Source: a virus
Reading direction: 5' to 3' (one strand)
IMG/VR virus record: IMGVR_UViG_3300045988_080839
Span: 1 to 60,599 of that record
DNA length: 60,599 bases
The notes below the pieces were generated by a model. That model did not search any database, had not been told where the DNA came from, and saw nothing but the letters and a program-made list of their open reading frames with translations. The translations under genes were made by a program, and so were the position numbers. How positions within the stretch are numbered: the stretch's first letter is position 1; each line of letters starts with the position of its first letter. Positions 7,048-17,600 of the stretch are shown here, one piece after another.

Positions 7048-7729
7048 GCACTTCTGACCGATACTCTTTAGGGATTATCATGCCATAGGTTACGTTTTGG
7101 ACGGACGTAGAATCTTCCATTGAATTGATATAGATACGCAAATCTCTGAAATACGTTACCGCATACGTAACCGCCTGCATAGCTGTTTCCGTAATCAATC
7201 CCATGTCCGTGTTACTGTAGTATTTACATGGTTCATTCACATCTGATGTATGCCACGGTATCTGCGTTTCTCCCTGCGCAACCTTAGTCTGCAATCCCAT
7301 AAGGCTTGTCTGGTCATGGTCTGTCAACGTGAAATGTTCAACTGTTCCGTCTGATAAGGTAACGTCAACACCGTTCTGTATTGATTCCTGCTGTGCAGTG
7401 TTCATTTCTGATATTTTCTGTTCTTTCAGTTTGTCAAGAGTCGGTTCTTCTGGTGTCGGCTGTGGCTGTTTCTCATAAACAGAACCGTCATTGGAAAGCT
7501 GATAACCGTTATACTCTGCGGTTGTATCGTCATTCCTGTATACAGTATTATAGCTGTGGTAAGAATCACCGCCAATGTCAAGTTCTCCTTTTTCGTCTAA
7601 GAACAAATCAAATCCGCTTGTGTCAACGGTAACTGAATCTGAGAATTTCAATGTTACGACATGTTCCGATTCTGGAACTACCGTACATTTTATTAATTTT
7701 TGTGAATCTAAAAATCTTAAAAAAGCCAT
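7013..7729 (-). CDS. Tail-fibre-associated protein (238 aa)
   Basis: ORF track. Last gene of the fibre cluster. The central KEQKISEMNTAQQESIQNGVDVTLSDGTVEHFTLTDHDQTSL segment resembles fibre-accessory domains. Confidence 0.45.
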   Translation of the reverse strand: MAFLRFLDSQKLIKCTVVPESEHVVTLKFSDSVTVDTSGFDLFLDEKGELDIGGDSYHSYNTVYRNDDTTAEYNGYQLSNDGSVYEKQPQPTPEEPTLDKLKEQKISEMNTAQQESIQNGVDVTLSDGTVEHFTLTDHDQTSLMGLQTKVAQGETQIPWHTSDVNEPCKYYSNTDMGLITETAMQAVTYAVTYFRDLRIYINSMEDSTSVQNVTYGMIIPKEYRSEVLADIYASKGIA

Positions 7730-7770
7730 ATTAAGGACTCCTTTCTTTTATGAATTAAATAGTAATTTAG

Positions 7771-8646
7771 TTATTCTAACTTAATAATAACATCAGAATA
7801 ATTTCCACTTGTTTTTAAATTTCTTTCACTATCTTCTAACGCTTTAAGCACTGTTATATTCGCCATTTGATAATTAACAAAATAAGTAGTTGTATAAGGC
7901 ATGTCGTAATATTGATAAATAGCACCATAAAAATCATGATAAATTGCCCTATAGTCTACATTTCTCACTATTACATACAAGTTATTTTTTTCAAAACTTG
8001 TTTTTGCCATTGCAGTGGAGACATTGCTATTAATTGTTACATAACGGATATACAGATAATTATTAGTTCCCGTTGAGGTGAAATTGAAGTCAAGAGTAGC
8101 TCCAGCTCTTCCTGTAACTTTTACTACATAGTATCTGCATCTGTAATATGCACCTGTTGCACTTGTTATATCTGATAATAGCAACGTTGCACCCGTTGGT
8201 AGTTCTAACGTCGTAGTAGCTCTTGTATCTTCGGGGTGTGCAAGTATAATTACACAGTTATCAGATGGTATTTTTATTGATACTGTAGCTGTTGATTTAC
8301 CGTTGCCTATAGGTGTATCCGAATAACCACTAACGATATTGTTTGCTAAATTACTACTTAATGCCTTAACTGCCAATGCCCCTGCAATATATCCAGACTG
8401 CGTATTTGCCTTTATTGTGTCCAGATCATCTATAATCTTACTTGCATCTGCCGCATTGTTTACAGCTTCATTCGTGGCATTAATCTGTGCCGCTCCGAAT
8501 GTGCTCCCAACCTGTGTATAATCTGTCACATCATCAAAACTGACTGTACCGTCACTGTTCTGAATCATTTTGAATCTACGCTTGCCGTTCATATTTTCTT
8601 TTAATATATCATCTTTAAAATTGACAGGTAAATTTGCCTTAGCCAT
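7771..8646 (-). CDS. Tail fibre / receptor-binding protein candidate (291 aa)
   Basis: ORF track. The N-terminal 95 aa are paralogous to 12962..13261 (MAKA.LP.NFKDDIL...GTV...DVT.YTQVG). The C-terminus is beta-rich. Confidence 0.55.
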   Translation of the reverse strand: MAKANLPVNFKDDILKENMNGKRRFKMIQNSDGTVSFDDVTDYTQVGSTFGAAQINATNEAVNNAADASKIIDDLDTIKANTQSGYIAGALAVKALSSNLANNIVSGYSDTPIGNGKSTATVSIKIPSDNCVIILAHPEDTRATTTLELPTGATLLLSDITSATGAYYRCRYYVVKVTGRAGATLDFNFTSTGTNNYLYIRYVTINSNVSTAMAKTSFEKNNLYVIVRNVDYRAIYHDFYGAIYQYYDMPYTTTYFVNYQMANITVLKALEDSERNLKTSGNYSDVIIKLE

Positions 8647-8801
8647 TATTTTATACCTCCCTTGTCTTGTCCTAATCTCATGGGCAATCTATACATTATA
8701 GGTTCGGTCACTGTCTCCTTGACAGCAACCGATATTTTAAATGTTTCCTTAACATTTACTGGATTTTTTGAAATTGTAACATTTGTTATTACTACGCCCA
8801 T
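8646..8801 (-). CDS. Small hypothetical protein (51 aa, Ig-like fragment MGVVITNVTISKNPVNVKETFKISVAVKE...)
   Basis: Below the cutoff. Fills the gap between fibre genes. TAATG overlap with the downstream start. Confidence 0.4.
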   Translation of the reverse strand: MGVVITNVTISKNPVNVKETFKISVAVKETVTEPIMYRLPMRLGQDKGGIK

Positions 8802-8810
8802 AAGCACCGC

Positions 8811-9722
8811 CTAATCCGTAGCCTTAACGGTTACTGTAAATACTTCTCCTGTGCTTACTGGGTTCGGGCTGATTTCTACAGAATTAATAACAGGTGCTTC
8901 TGTATCTAATGTCACAATTCTTGTAACACTGGAAGAAAGACCACCGTTATCCGTGGCAGTGACAACAATTGTATTCGCTCCCTCTGCAAGAGTAATTGTC
9001 GTGTTAAAATTGCCACTTGAATCTACTGTGACATTAGTAGCTGTACCGCCATTTATACTAACTGTAACCGATTTGACTCCTGCTGTAACATCACTGGTCT
9101 TGCCTGTTACTGTGCATGATGCAACATTTGTGACAAGATTATTAGTCGGTTCAGATACAGATAATGTAGGCGGCGTTGCGTCCACTTTAAACGTTACTGT
9201 ACGCTGTGTGGCGGCATTTCCGTCATTGTCCTTGGCATTTACCTTGATAGTGTGGTTTCCGTCTGTAAGAGCCGTAGGAATCGCATAAGAGCATGAATAT
9301 CCATTTGTTATTGTGGTCTTCGTAATCCCACTTGTCACAGCACTTCCACTGTCAACTGTAATGCTGATACTGTTAGGATTAACTCCGCTGTCTGCATCCG
9401 TAACCGTGAAATTAACTGTAGGCTTTGTGTTATTAGTTACTTGGCTTTCTGTAGGCGAACTAATTACAATAGCTGGCGCAGTGGTTTCTTTTACTTTTAA
9501 TTTCAGCTTGTTTCCCAGTGTTGCGTTAGTATCATTGATTGTCGTACTGTTTCCTGCACTGTCTGTAGCTTTAATCGTGACAGGGAAGTAATGACCGCTG
9601 TTATTATTGTATGAACTGGTACTCGGTGCTGTAACACTTGCTTCATACAATCCAGTAGAGCTATTCAGAGTCAGATTGTAAGTAGTGCCTTTGATTGTTG
9701 CTTGTACGCTTGATATAGCCAT
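8811..9722 (-). CDS. Tail protein with tandem Ig-like domains (303 aa)
   Basis: ORF track. Repeated beta-strand modules (TVTDADSGVNPNSISITVD, TIKVNAKDNDGNAATQRTVTFKVD, TIVVTATDNGGLSSSVTRIVTLD). Confidence 0.65.
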   Translation of the reverse strand: MAISSVQATIKGTTYNLTLNSSTGLYEASVTAPSTSSYNNNSGHYFPVTIKATDSAGNSTTINDTNATLGNKLKLKVKETTAPAIVISSPTESQVTNNTKPTVNFTVTDADSGVNPNSISITVDSGSAVTSGITKTTITNGYSCSYAIPTALTDGNHTIKVNAKDNDGNAATQRTVTFKVDATPPTLSVSEPTNNLVTNVASCTVTGKTSDVTAGVKSVTVSINGGTATNVTVDSSGNFNTTITLAEGANTIVVTATDNGGLSSSVTRIVTLDTEAPVINSVEISPNPVSTGEVFTVTVKATD

Positions 9723-10313
9723 TTATATTCTTACCTCCCTAAATGCGCCCAGTCTGAATGGCAATTTCCGCAGATTAGCTTTCTGTCTCTCCAAAAGGTC
9801 ATTCATTTGCAACGTAGCCGACTCTATACGGTTCAATTCATCCCATTTAATGAACTGTCCGTTATCAAAGAACCTTTGCGATACGCCGTAGTCTTGCGTG
9901 AATATGTTCTTATTAATCGTTTCAAGGTTGCTTTCAAAAGCATTAAAAGCCGCCGCCGTAAACCATCCAGTATAATCTTCAATATCTGCGCCCATATCCA
10001 CGATTGAAAACTGCTTATATACTTCCTGTGCTAGTTCATACAGATAAGTCAAATTGTTTTTAATACGGTTATAGTCCACATAATTGAATCGGTCGGTTGC
10101 TTTCCAATTTGTCTTAGGAGTATGCCATAGGGTAACTTCTGCGACTGTAGAAGTATTAACAGTCACATTACCGCTATCGTCATAAGCAGATACCGTAACG
10201 GGATAATCACCCGATTCTTTAGGTGCTGTAAGGCTTCCAGTATACGTTGAATTGCTATGTTTTAAATCGGTTGTATCATCAGCAACCGTCGCTGTTACTT
10301 TAGTTATTGCCAA
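9723..10313 (-). CDS. Tail fibre-like protein (196 aa)
   Basis: ORF track. The N-terminal domain is paralogous to the N-terminus of 8811..9722 (MAI..V.AT...T..L......Y.GSLTAP...G.YPVT..A.D.SGN). Confidence 0.5.
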   Translation of the reverse strand: MAITKVTATVADDTTDLKHSNSTYTGSLTAPKESGDYPVTVSAYDDSGNVTVNTSTVAEVTLWHTPKTNWKATDRFNYVDYNRIKNNLTYLYELAQEVYKQFSIVDMGADIEDYTGWFTAAAFNAFESNLETINKNIFTQDYGVSQRFFDNGQFIKWDELNRIESATLQMNDLLERQKANLRKLPFRLGAFREVRI

Positions 10314-12569
10314 TTACAGCACCGCCTTTCTTGCTTTCATTGTTCCCGACCATGCACCATTAAATGTTATTTCATTTTGGTACGTCCTTATCATGGTTTC
10401 TCCACGGTCTTTTAATTCCATATAATATAAGTCGTTTGCATCCGTTCTGGGGTCTCCACGCCATTTTATCTGATAGTCAACATCCCCTAAATAATAGCTT
10501 GCAAGCCATTCTTCTAGGTCTTTTGCTAACTCTGTTGTACTGATTAACGGATTTTTCCATGTCTTAATATCCCCATTGTCATTATGTGTGACCGTGTAGC
10601 CGATTTCCTCGGTAACGTACTCATATCCTTTAATTACATACTTAACAATCGTTTCTTCCGTCATACCGCTAAACTGTAGAGTCGCATAATAACTACTACT
10701 GTCTGTAATCTGTACGGATATAGCGCTTGGAATCGGATTTCCACCGTCATCTGTTCCGTTATCAATTACTGCTGTCAGTTCGTAACATGGATTTTGGAAG
10801 TATACCGTATGCACATTTTTAGCAGGACTAATGGTAATCTCTTCTGTTGAGATATCCTTATTCTCGCTTGATTTACGGTATTGTGTCTTAATTACGCTGA
10901 TAGCCTTGATTTTATTTTGTCTTACTGCTGTAGGGCTTGCTGTCATGTCATTCCTTGTGATATGGTAATTCGTAACATCCCCAACAGTGATATTATCTAC
11001 CGTGATTCTGCTGTTCGGCTGTGCTTTGGTAAATTCTAACACTATTTTGTCAAATAGATTAAATTGATCAAATGTGGTGTATTCCAGTTCCCCACCCTGT
11101 TCTACCGTGTAGCTGTCCACTTCTAAATCTTGGTAATATGTCGTTACCTTAAACTGCTCTGGCGCAACGTTTCTGAACTCTATCTGCAATCCATAAGCTA
11201 CAAATGCCGCTTCAAGGTCAATGGTAATCTTTGGATTCTCTGTAAAAGTTCCGCTTGCATCTGCTATCTGCGAACTGATATAACCAGTCTTTAAGTAATT
11301 GCTGTCAGCAGGCATAAAAAATACAGTTCCGTCCACTTTTGAAAAATCAGAACTGCATATTGCATAGGCTTCTTTATCTTCTCCATTCAGTACGTCTGAT
11401 ACATGGCTGTATGCTGTTTCTCCATTTGATAATGCTGTCATGTCTGGTATGAATGAAGCCTGCATATGAATTTTACTGTTTCTATCCTCGAATAGAACAC
11501 AACGCCCTGCATTAGCAATAATCTGTAATGCTTCGCTGTGCTTTACCGCTGGCATAGGATTCTGCACTTTGATATTCTTTAAATATGGGTCAATGAAGTA
11601 TTCTCTTTCGTCCGTTATTTCTGCATCTGTCAGTACATCTATAGCAAGATCATATAGGCTTATCCCGTTTTCCCTGTAAAGTCCACGGTAGTACTTACCT
11701 GTCAGGTAATCGAATCTGTCAGTTGCCGTAAACTTGGCTTCCGTATCAGTTGCCGACCATGTTTTAAGGTAGGTTGTTTCCTCTGGTAGCCATTCTATTT
11801 CGTTATTTCCCAACACATCATAGCCGAACTGAATCTTTACTTCCTGTCCGACTTCCATGTAAGCAAGTGCGCTGTCTGGGTTGTCGGGTGAATAGTATTG
11901 ATTCTGATTATCTATCGTCAGTGATATATCGTTAGACGGTATAGTATCTGTTATGGAAGATACATACTGTTTACCGCTGTATTTTTTTACTTCCTTGTTG
12001 CTAAATGCATTGACGATACCGCAGTAAAACTGATATATCCTAAGTCTTCCCTGTCCGTTTATCATTTTTGTAGGAGTGATAATCAGATAGGAAGTGCCGT
12101 TGAATACATCTTCCGTCACCCAATAAGATTTATTATTTCCTGTATAAGTGCGTGTAACGCTGTCATTTTGGATTGTAAAGTCTACAGGGTAATATTCCCC
12201 AAAGTCTATCGTAAGACCTTTTATATCAAGTCCTGTGATTCCAGAAAAGGATATCTTCACAGCACCTAAAAGGTTTTCTGTAACAATTCCATTATTGTAA
12301 AGCTCCAATTTACTGTTCTTTGGTGGCAAGAAATACATTGTACCGTCCACCTTGGAAAAGTCCTGCTCTGCTGTGGCATATACATTATCTACGGTGTAAT
12401 TGTTAAATGGCTTTTTTATATCAGCAAAATAGGTAACTGCTGTCTGACTGTCTACTGCTACGTTCTTCTGTGCCTGTGAATTAATAACGCCTATCGTAGC
12501 CTTGATATATCCCCTGTTACGACCTATTCCTTTCATGGACTGCTTATAAGCCTTGGAAACGTTCTGCAT
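10314..12569 (-). CDS. Distal tail / tail-associated (Tal-like) protein (about 751 aa)
   Basis: ORF track 10314..12584. The ATG at 12569, 2 nt after the upstream stop, is preferred. Size and position are typical: downstream of the tape measure and the Dit-like gene. Confidence 0.6.
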   Translation of the reverse strand: MQNVSKAYKQSMKGIGRNRGYIKATIGVINSQAQKNVAVDSQTAVTYFADIKKPFNNYTVDNVYATAEQDFSKVDGTMYFLPPKNSKLELYNNGIVTENLLGAVKISFSGITGLDIKGLTIDFGEYYPVDFTIQNDSVTRTYTGNNKSYWVTEDVFNGTSYLIITPTKMINGQGRLRIYQFYCGIVNAFSNKEVKKYSGKQYVSSITDTIPSNDISLTIDNQNQYYSPDNPDSALAYMEVGQEVKIQFGYDVLGNNEIEWLPEETTYLKTWSATDTEAKFTATDRFDYLTGKYYRGLYRENGISLYDLAIDVLTDAEITDEREYFIDPYLKNIKVQNPMPAVKHSEALQIIANAGRCVLFEDRNSKIHMQASFIPDMTALSNGETAYSHVSDVLNGEDKEAYAICSSDFSKVDGTVFFMPADSNYLKTGYISSQIADASGTFTENPKITIDLEAAFVAYGLQIEFRNVAPEQFKVTTYYQDLEVDSYTVEQGGELEYTTFDQFNLFDKIVLEFTKAQPNSRITVDNITVGDVTNYHITRNDMTASPTAVRQNKIKAISVIKTQYRKSSENKDISTEEITISPAKNVHTVYFQNPCYELTAVIDNGTDDGGNPIPSAISVQITDSSSYYATLQFSGMTEETIVKYVIKGYEYVTEEIGYTVTHNDNGDIKTWKNPLISTTELAKDLEEWLASYYLGDVDYQIKWRGDPRTDANDLYYMELKDRGETMIRTYQNEITFNGAWSGTMKARKAVL

Positions 12570-12571
12570 AA

Positions 12572-12958
12572 CTACCACCCACAATCTATAAGGTTGAATG
12601 ATAAAGTCTCGTCTTTGGTTATCATGTGTGTAAGTCGATCAACAAATAGTGGTACGCCTTTTCTATCTCCAGGGTACATGGTAATTGTAATCGGATTGCC
12701 CGGATTCTTCATATCTTCAAACGTGACAGGTACATAAAATGGTTCGATTGCCTTTAACATCATTTGCCGCTGTTCTGGTGTAAGTCCTACCCATTTCAGA
12801 TTGTCCAACTTATATAAATCTCTTCCGACCCTTTGACCGATAACTGCATTATTTGCGTTTCTTCCTGCATTTACTGTAGTAGATATCGTCCATGAAAAGC
12901 CGACAGCGGGGCAAGGGAAGTCATACCCATTGACATTTAAGAATGAACTCATTGACAT
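12572..12958 (-). CDS. Distal tail protein-like (128 aa)
   Basis: ORF track. Position is immediately upstream of the Tal-like gene. Confidence 0.45.
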   Translation of the reverse strand: MSMSSFLNVNGYDFPCPAVGFSWTISTTVNAGRNANNAVIGQRVGRDLYKLDNLKWVGLTPEQRQMMLKAIEPFYVPVTFEDMKNPGNPITITMYPGDRKGVPLFVDRLTHMITKDETLSFNLIDCGW

Positions 12959-12961
12959 AGC

Positions 12962-13261
12962 TTATCCCTCCAGCATTGCTTTAATAACCAGACAGTCAAC
13001 CATATAGCCAGACTGTGTACAAGCTTTAACATCATCAAGACTTGTAAGAATCTTAGCTTTATCTGCCGCCGCATTGATAGCTTTGTTCGTGTCATTTATG
13101 TTAGATGCTTTAAATTCTCCACCGACCTGTGTATATGTTGTTACATCTTCCAGTGTCACCGTTCCGTCCGAATTGGTAGTCATTCGGTATCTGCGCCGAC
13201 CACCCATGTTTTTGTCTAAGATATCGTCTTTAAAATTTATTGGAAGTGTTGCTTTTGCCAT
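12962..13261 (-). CDS. Stand-alone copy of the fibre N-terminal module (99 aa)
   Basis: ORF track. Alignable over its full length with residues 1-99 of 7771..8646. AGGAGG RBS. Confidence 0.6.
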   Translation of the reverse strand: MAKATLPINFKDDILDKNMGGRRRYRMTTNSDGTVTLEDVTTYTQVGGEFKASNINDTNKAINAAADKAKILTSLDDVKACTQSGYMVDCLVIKAMLEG

Positions 13262-13337
13262 TTGTCAACCTCCTGTTCATTGCTATTACAAAGTGTATTG
13301 TGAAATGTATTACGTTTACATAATTAATAATTTATAT

Positions 13338-13366
13338 AAAAGAAAAACACCTACGTTATGTAGATG
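13338..13366 (-). terminator. Rho-independent terminator (third of three in tandem)
   Basis: Minus strand: CATCTAC-ATAAC-GTAGGTG, then TTTTTCTTTT. Confidence 0.55.
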
Positions 13367-13380
13367 CTTTTGGTTTTAAT

Positions 13381-13415
13381 TTTAAATAGCGCTAAAAAAT
13401 GAGCGCTACTTTTTA
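13381..13415. terminator. Bidirectional hairpin terminator
   Basis: TAGCGCT-loop-AGCGCTA perfect 7-bp stem, flanked by A/T runs on both sides. Confidence 0.55.
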
Positions 13416-13420
13416 TGCAT

Positions 13421-13447
13421 AAAAATAGGACGGTCAAGTGCCGCCCT
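13421..13447 (-). terminator. Rho-independent terminator right after the stop at 13446
   Basis: Minus strand: AGGGCGG-CACTTGA-CCGTCCT, then ATTTTT. Confidence 0.6.
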
Positions 13448-13736
13448 ACTTAATTTTCTTCTTTATTTCTTTTATTTCTGCTTCTATGCTATTCAGTTTG
13501 TCGATTACGTCTATATACCTATCATCTGCCACATGAGCATATTTTTGATTCTCTTTCATGAGAAAATCGTTTGATTTGTACTTGGATTCCAGTAATTTGC
13601 TGTTACTTTCCCTTGCCTGTATCACTTCTTCTGCCAGTCTTTGATATTCTCCAGCGCTGTCCAACTGTTCAAACTCAATCTTTTTAATACGTTTTTCTAG
13701 CTCTATAAGTTTCTGTTCAATCTCCATATTGTACAT
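13446..13736 (-). CDS. Coiled-coil protein (96 aa)
   Basis: ORF track. Heptad-like, charged sequence (IEQKLIELEKRIKKIEFEQL...IEAEIKEIKKKIK). Confidence 0.55.
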   Translation of the reverse strand: MYNMEIEQKLIELEKRIKKIEFEQLDSAGEYQRLAEEVIQARESNSKLLESKYKSNDFLMKENQKYAHVADDRYIDVIDKLNSIEAEIKEIKKKIK

Positions 13737-13742
13737 AGCCGC

Positions 13743-14555
13743 CTACTTTCCAGCTCTACCAGTGAAGTAAACTTCCACATGGTCATAGACTTTGTGGCAA
13801 TCTAACTGTACAGATAATGTGTCGTTTGGTTTTATTTTTAGTTCATCATCAGTAATATAATCTTCTGATTCCCATATCACATTGTTATTTTCATCAAAGA
13901 ATAACGCCTGTGCCATTACAAATTGAGCTTCTTTTTCTCCTTTATTTGTAGCAGATACTATAACATTTTTATCATTAGTGGTCTGCTCTACTTCGAGATT
14001 ATTTATCACTGGGTCGTACAAACTATCGCTATACTTTAAGCTATAGTCTACACTGTCAACACCAGTAACACCATCAAAATAAAAATATCCGAAAGATGTT
14101 TCTCCTGCTCCAACAACCGCAATATCCATATCATCAGCGCCGATTGAATTTCCAGAAGAATCCTTTGCTGTAGCATTTCCCGATACAGCTACATTTGCTT
14201 GGGAATTATTTGTAACAATCAAAAAGTAAAGCGTATCTCCTATGGTATTTTCGTAAAGATATTCTTTTACATCAAAGTCATTTTCTGAATATGTTTTTCC
14301 GTCTGCTTCATCTGTTTTATTCTCCACTACAGTAGTTTCTGCTTTTTCATTTTCTGCTGTATTTTCAGATTCAGCGTCCTTTGAACCGCTCTTACCAAAA
14401 ATATTAAGTAAAAGCAGTAATATAATTACTCCTAATATTATCCACCGTACAGTATGGCTCTGCTTCTTTTTGCAGTTCGGGCAGATTTTAGCTTTCTTTG
14501 GTATCTGCATCATGCAGTATTTACAAGTTTTCATTTCTGCGTTTTGGTTATCCAT
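13743..14555 (-). CDS. Zinc-ribbon, single-pass membrane protein with a 200-aa extracytoplasmic domain
   Basis: ORF track. CKYCMMQIPKKAKICPNCKKK, then TM segment WIILGVIILLLLLNIFG, then a beta-rich domain. Confidence 0.65.
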   Translation of the reverse strand: MDNQNAEMKTCKYCMMQIPKKAKICPNCKKKQSHTVRWIILGVIILLLLLNIFGKSGSKDAESENTAENEKAETTVVENKTDEADGKTYSENDFDVKEYLYENTIGDTLYFLIVTNNSQANVAVSGNATAKDSSGNSIGADDMDIAVVGAGETSFGYFYFDGVTGVDSVDYSLKYSDSLYDPVINNLEVEQTTNDKNVIVSATNKGEKEAQFVMAQALFFDENNNVIWESEDYITDDELKIKPNDTLSVQLDCHKVYDHVEVYFTGRAGK

Positions 14556-14627
14556 GTAGATATCCCCCTCTCTTTTCTGATAATTTTATCATACTAAGAG
14601 GGGAATTTCTACAAAAGTTTACATAAT

Positions 14628-17600
14628 TTACGCAAAACTAAATCCGTTACGGTTTCTTCTTTCGTCTGTTGCACTAACAAGTTCTCTTCCGTCTATATTG
14701 ACTGTAGAGTCTTTATCAGCAATAATTTGCAGTAGTTGTATTGCTGTGGATAGAAGTTGAGCAGTGTTTGCGCCACTATCGTACACAGCTTCTTTAATTC
14801 CTGTTATTTCTCCATTTGGTGCTACCGCTGTTTTACCGCCAATCGTTCCTACCAGTTCGGGACCTGCTTCATTTGCATAAAAAAGGCTTCCTGTTTCTGG
14901 GAAGCCACCAGTCGAAAATTTTGGGATTCTTGGAAGAGATACATTGGGTATATCAATACTAAAGCTAATCCCTGGTATTTTGCTTGCCGCTTCTGCCAAC
15001 TTTTTTAATCCGTCTATAGCATGATTAACAAGGCTTTCTACGCCACTGATTACACCGTTCAGGAATTCAATAGCGCCATTAGCCGCCGCCTTAAAAGCAT
15101 CTTTGAAAGCTGTAGGCACTTTAGCAAGCATATCATCCCATTTCTTCTTAGTAAACCACGGTGCAACATTAACAGTCCACCACTTAGTAAGATTGGCTAC
15201 CCATTGAGTAGATGTCTCTGTCCACTTTGTATTGAACGATTCCTTGATGTTATTAAGTACTTCCAACCACCTTTCTAATGAGAACCACGGTATAACGCTT
15301 TCTTCCCACCATGTGACAAGAGCTGTTCCATTCCACCATTCCACGATTTCATCCCATTTTGTCTGAAATGCAGTAGTAACATTGGTAAGAAGTTCTGACC
15401 ATTTTTCGATAGAAAACCATGGTGCTACGTAATTCTCCCAAAAATCCGTTACACTTTCCGTAAAAGAATCAAACATAGAGGAAAATCCCTCTACGATTCC
15501 TAAGAAGATATACTCTCCTAAAGGCTTCATGGTTTCAGCAGGGGAATGAATACCGAATACGTCACAGATTGCATTGTAGATAGCTGTAAACAGGTCTTTT
15601 ACTGGTTCTAAGATAAATGCTATTGCCCCTGCAAATCCGTCTAATATTCCCTCTAAGATGTATACGCCACCTTTTTTGAAGTTATCTTTTGCCTGTTCAA
15701 AAAGGCTCATTGTTTCATCCCAGTTGAACAATGTTGTCAGAGTTTCCCTCATAGCATTTACAAGGAAATTTCCAACCGAATCAATAGCATTGTCTATAGC
15801 GTCATTAACTTTTGCTGGAAATCCTGTCCATGTATTTGTATCGAAAATAGTTCCTTTTAAAAATTGGTCTTCTATGGTAGCCCATATTGCCGCAAGATTT
15901 GGAGAAAAAGCAACAGAAAAACTGGTTAAATTTATCAGTAAGTCAGAATATCCTATACCGCCTTTTAGTCCAAAGTCTATTGCTAACTTTATTGATTTTT
16001 TTAATGATTCCCATAAACCGCTTGCAATTCTTACCGCACCTATTTTTTTCAAAAGCAATGTTCCAACAATAAATTCTACAGTATCTATTTCTAAATTTGA
16101 GAAAAAGTCATATAGTCCGTTAAAAACTGTTTTCCAGTCTACTTTATCTAAGAATCCATTGATAGCATCTTTTATACCGTTTACCCATTTATTCAAGGTA
16201 TTAGCTAAAGCCGAAAAATCAAACGTAGCAAAGAAATTATTGATTGCATCTGCAATATTCACGCCAAACTGATAAAAGTCAAACGTTTCCGAAAAAGACT
16301 GTGCTGCATATACGATAGCATTCAAAGTATTTGCCAAAGTCTGCGCAACCTTACCGAATAATGTTCTGCCCTCTCCATCATAGTCAAGTAAACCATTCAA
16401 GAATTCTGCAAGTCCTGTACCGAAGTTTCTAGCCTTTTCGAAAACACTATCCCATTCTATAGAATCCATGGTTCCTATAAGGGTATCTCTTACCTTATTT
16501 CCTAACTGTTCAAGAGTCTTAATACTGCTCTCATAGTCCTTAAAAATGGTATCTACCTGTACAAGACCGCCTTGTGTCTTATCAACCTTGCTTGCTCCTG
16601 CACTGCCGCCACTGCCCTTACTGTCCTTATCCTCTGAAATAATATTTAATTCATCAATTCCAAGAAGATTATTTTTCAGTTTTTTAGCGTTCTTTGCCGC
16701 ATCACCAGTAGCATCTGAAAAATCGTCCATTCCGTCTGCCCAGTCCTTGGCTACACCGCCAGCAGATACCTCATACTTCCAACCGAATATTGAGCCTAAA
16801 GCATTGGTAACAGTCTCCGCAAATGCAATTACATACTGCATTGTCTGATTCAGTGTACGTACAAATGGCTTGAATGCGTTGATTAAAGCACCACCAATAA
16901 TAGATGCAAGCTGTTGGAATGACTGTGTAAGTACTACTAACTGATTATGCCATGTGTCCGCTGTACGTGCAAAGTCTCCTTGTGCGGCGGCTGTATTCTG
17001 CATAACATACTGATAACGTAACATAGCCTTTTGTGCCTGCGTCATTGATGTTATATCAGCATCTAACCCCTGTTTTAACGCCCATTCTTTTAGAGTTGCC
17101 TGCGTCAAATCAAGACCATATTTCCTTAAAGGCTCAGTTTCACCTGTGAAAATAGCCTGTAAATTCCTTGCAACATCCGTCTGTGACATATCATAGAAAG
17201 ATGCCATATCTGCGGTCAGTTTTGTTAATTCCAAAGACATATTCGCCATGTTTTTCTGTGAGAATCCCATGGCAACGCCCATAGCTTGAAATCGGCTTGC
17301 TACCTGTTTTGCCATCAGCTCTGACATACCAAAGTCCTGTATAGAGGTCTTTGAAAAGTCCTGTATCAGTTTTTCGTAATTTCCGAATGTCGTCCTTACA
17401 ACGTTTTCTACTTCCGTCAATGAGGATGATATGTCGATTGCATCCCCCAGCTTATGGAACGCTCTGAACAATAGCCAGTATGATGCATATAATTTTCCAA
17501 AGGCAGAAGCAAGGGAAAAGCTGTTTATCTTTGCACTTTTAGCAGACTTGCCAAAAACATTCAGACTGCTTGCAAGGGAATTAGCCGCACGACCACTAGA

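Noticed and set aside
8851-9591. Plus-strand ORFs 8851..9288 and 9313..9591, opposite the Ig-like tail protein gene
   Set aside because: They are Val/Thr/Leu-rich mirror ORFs of the Thr/Val/Asn-rich Ig-repeat gene. They have no RBS.
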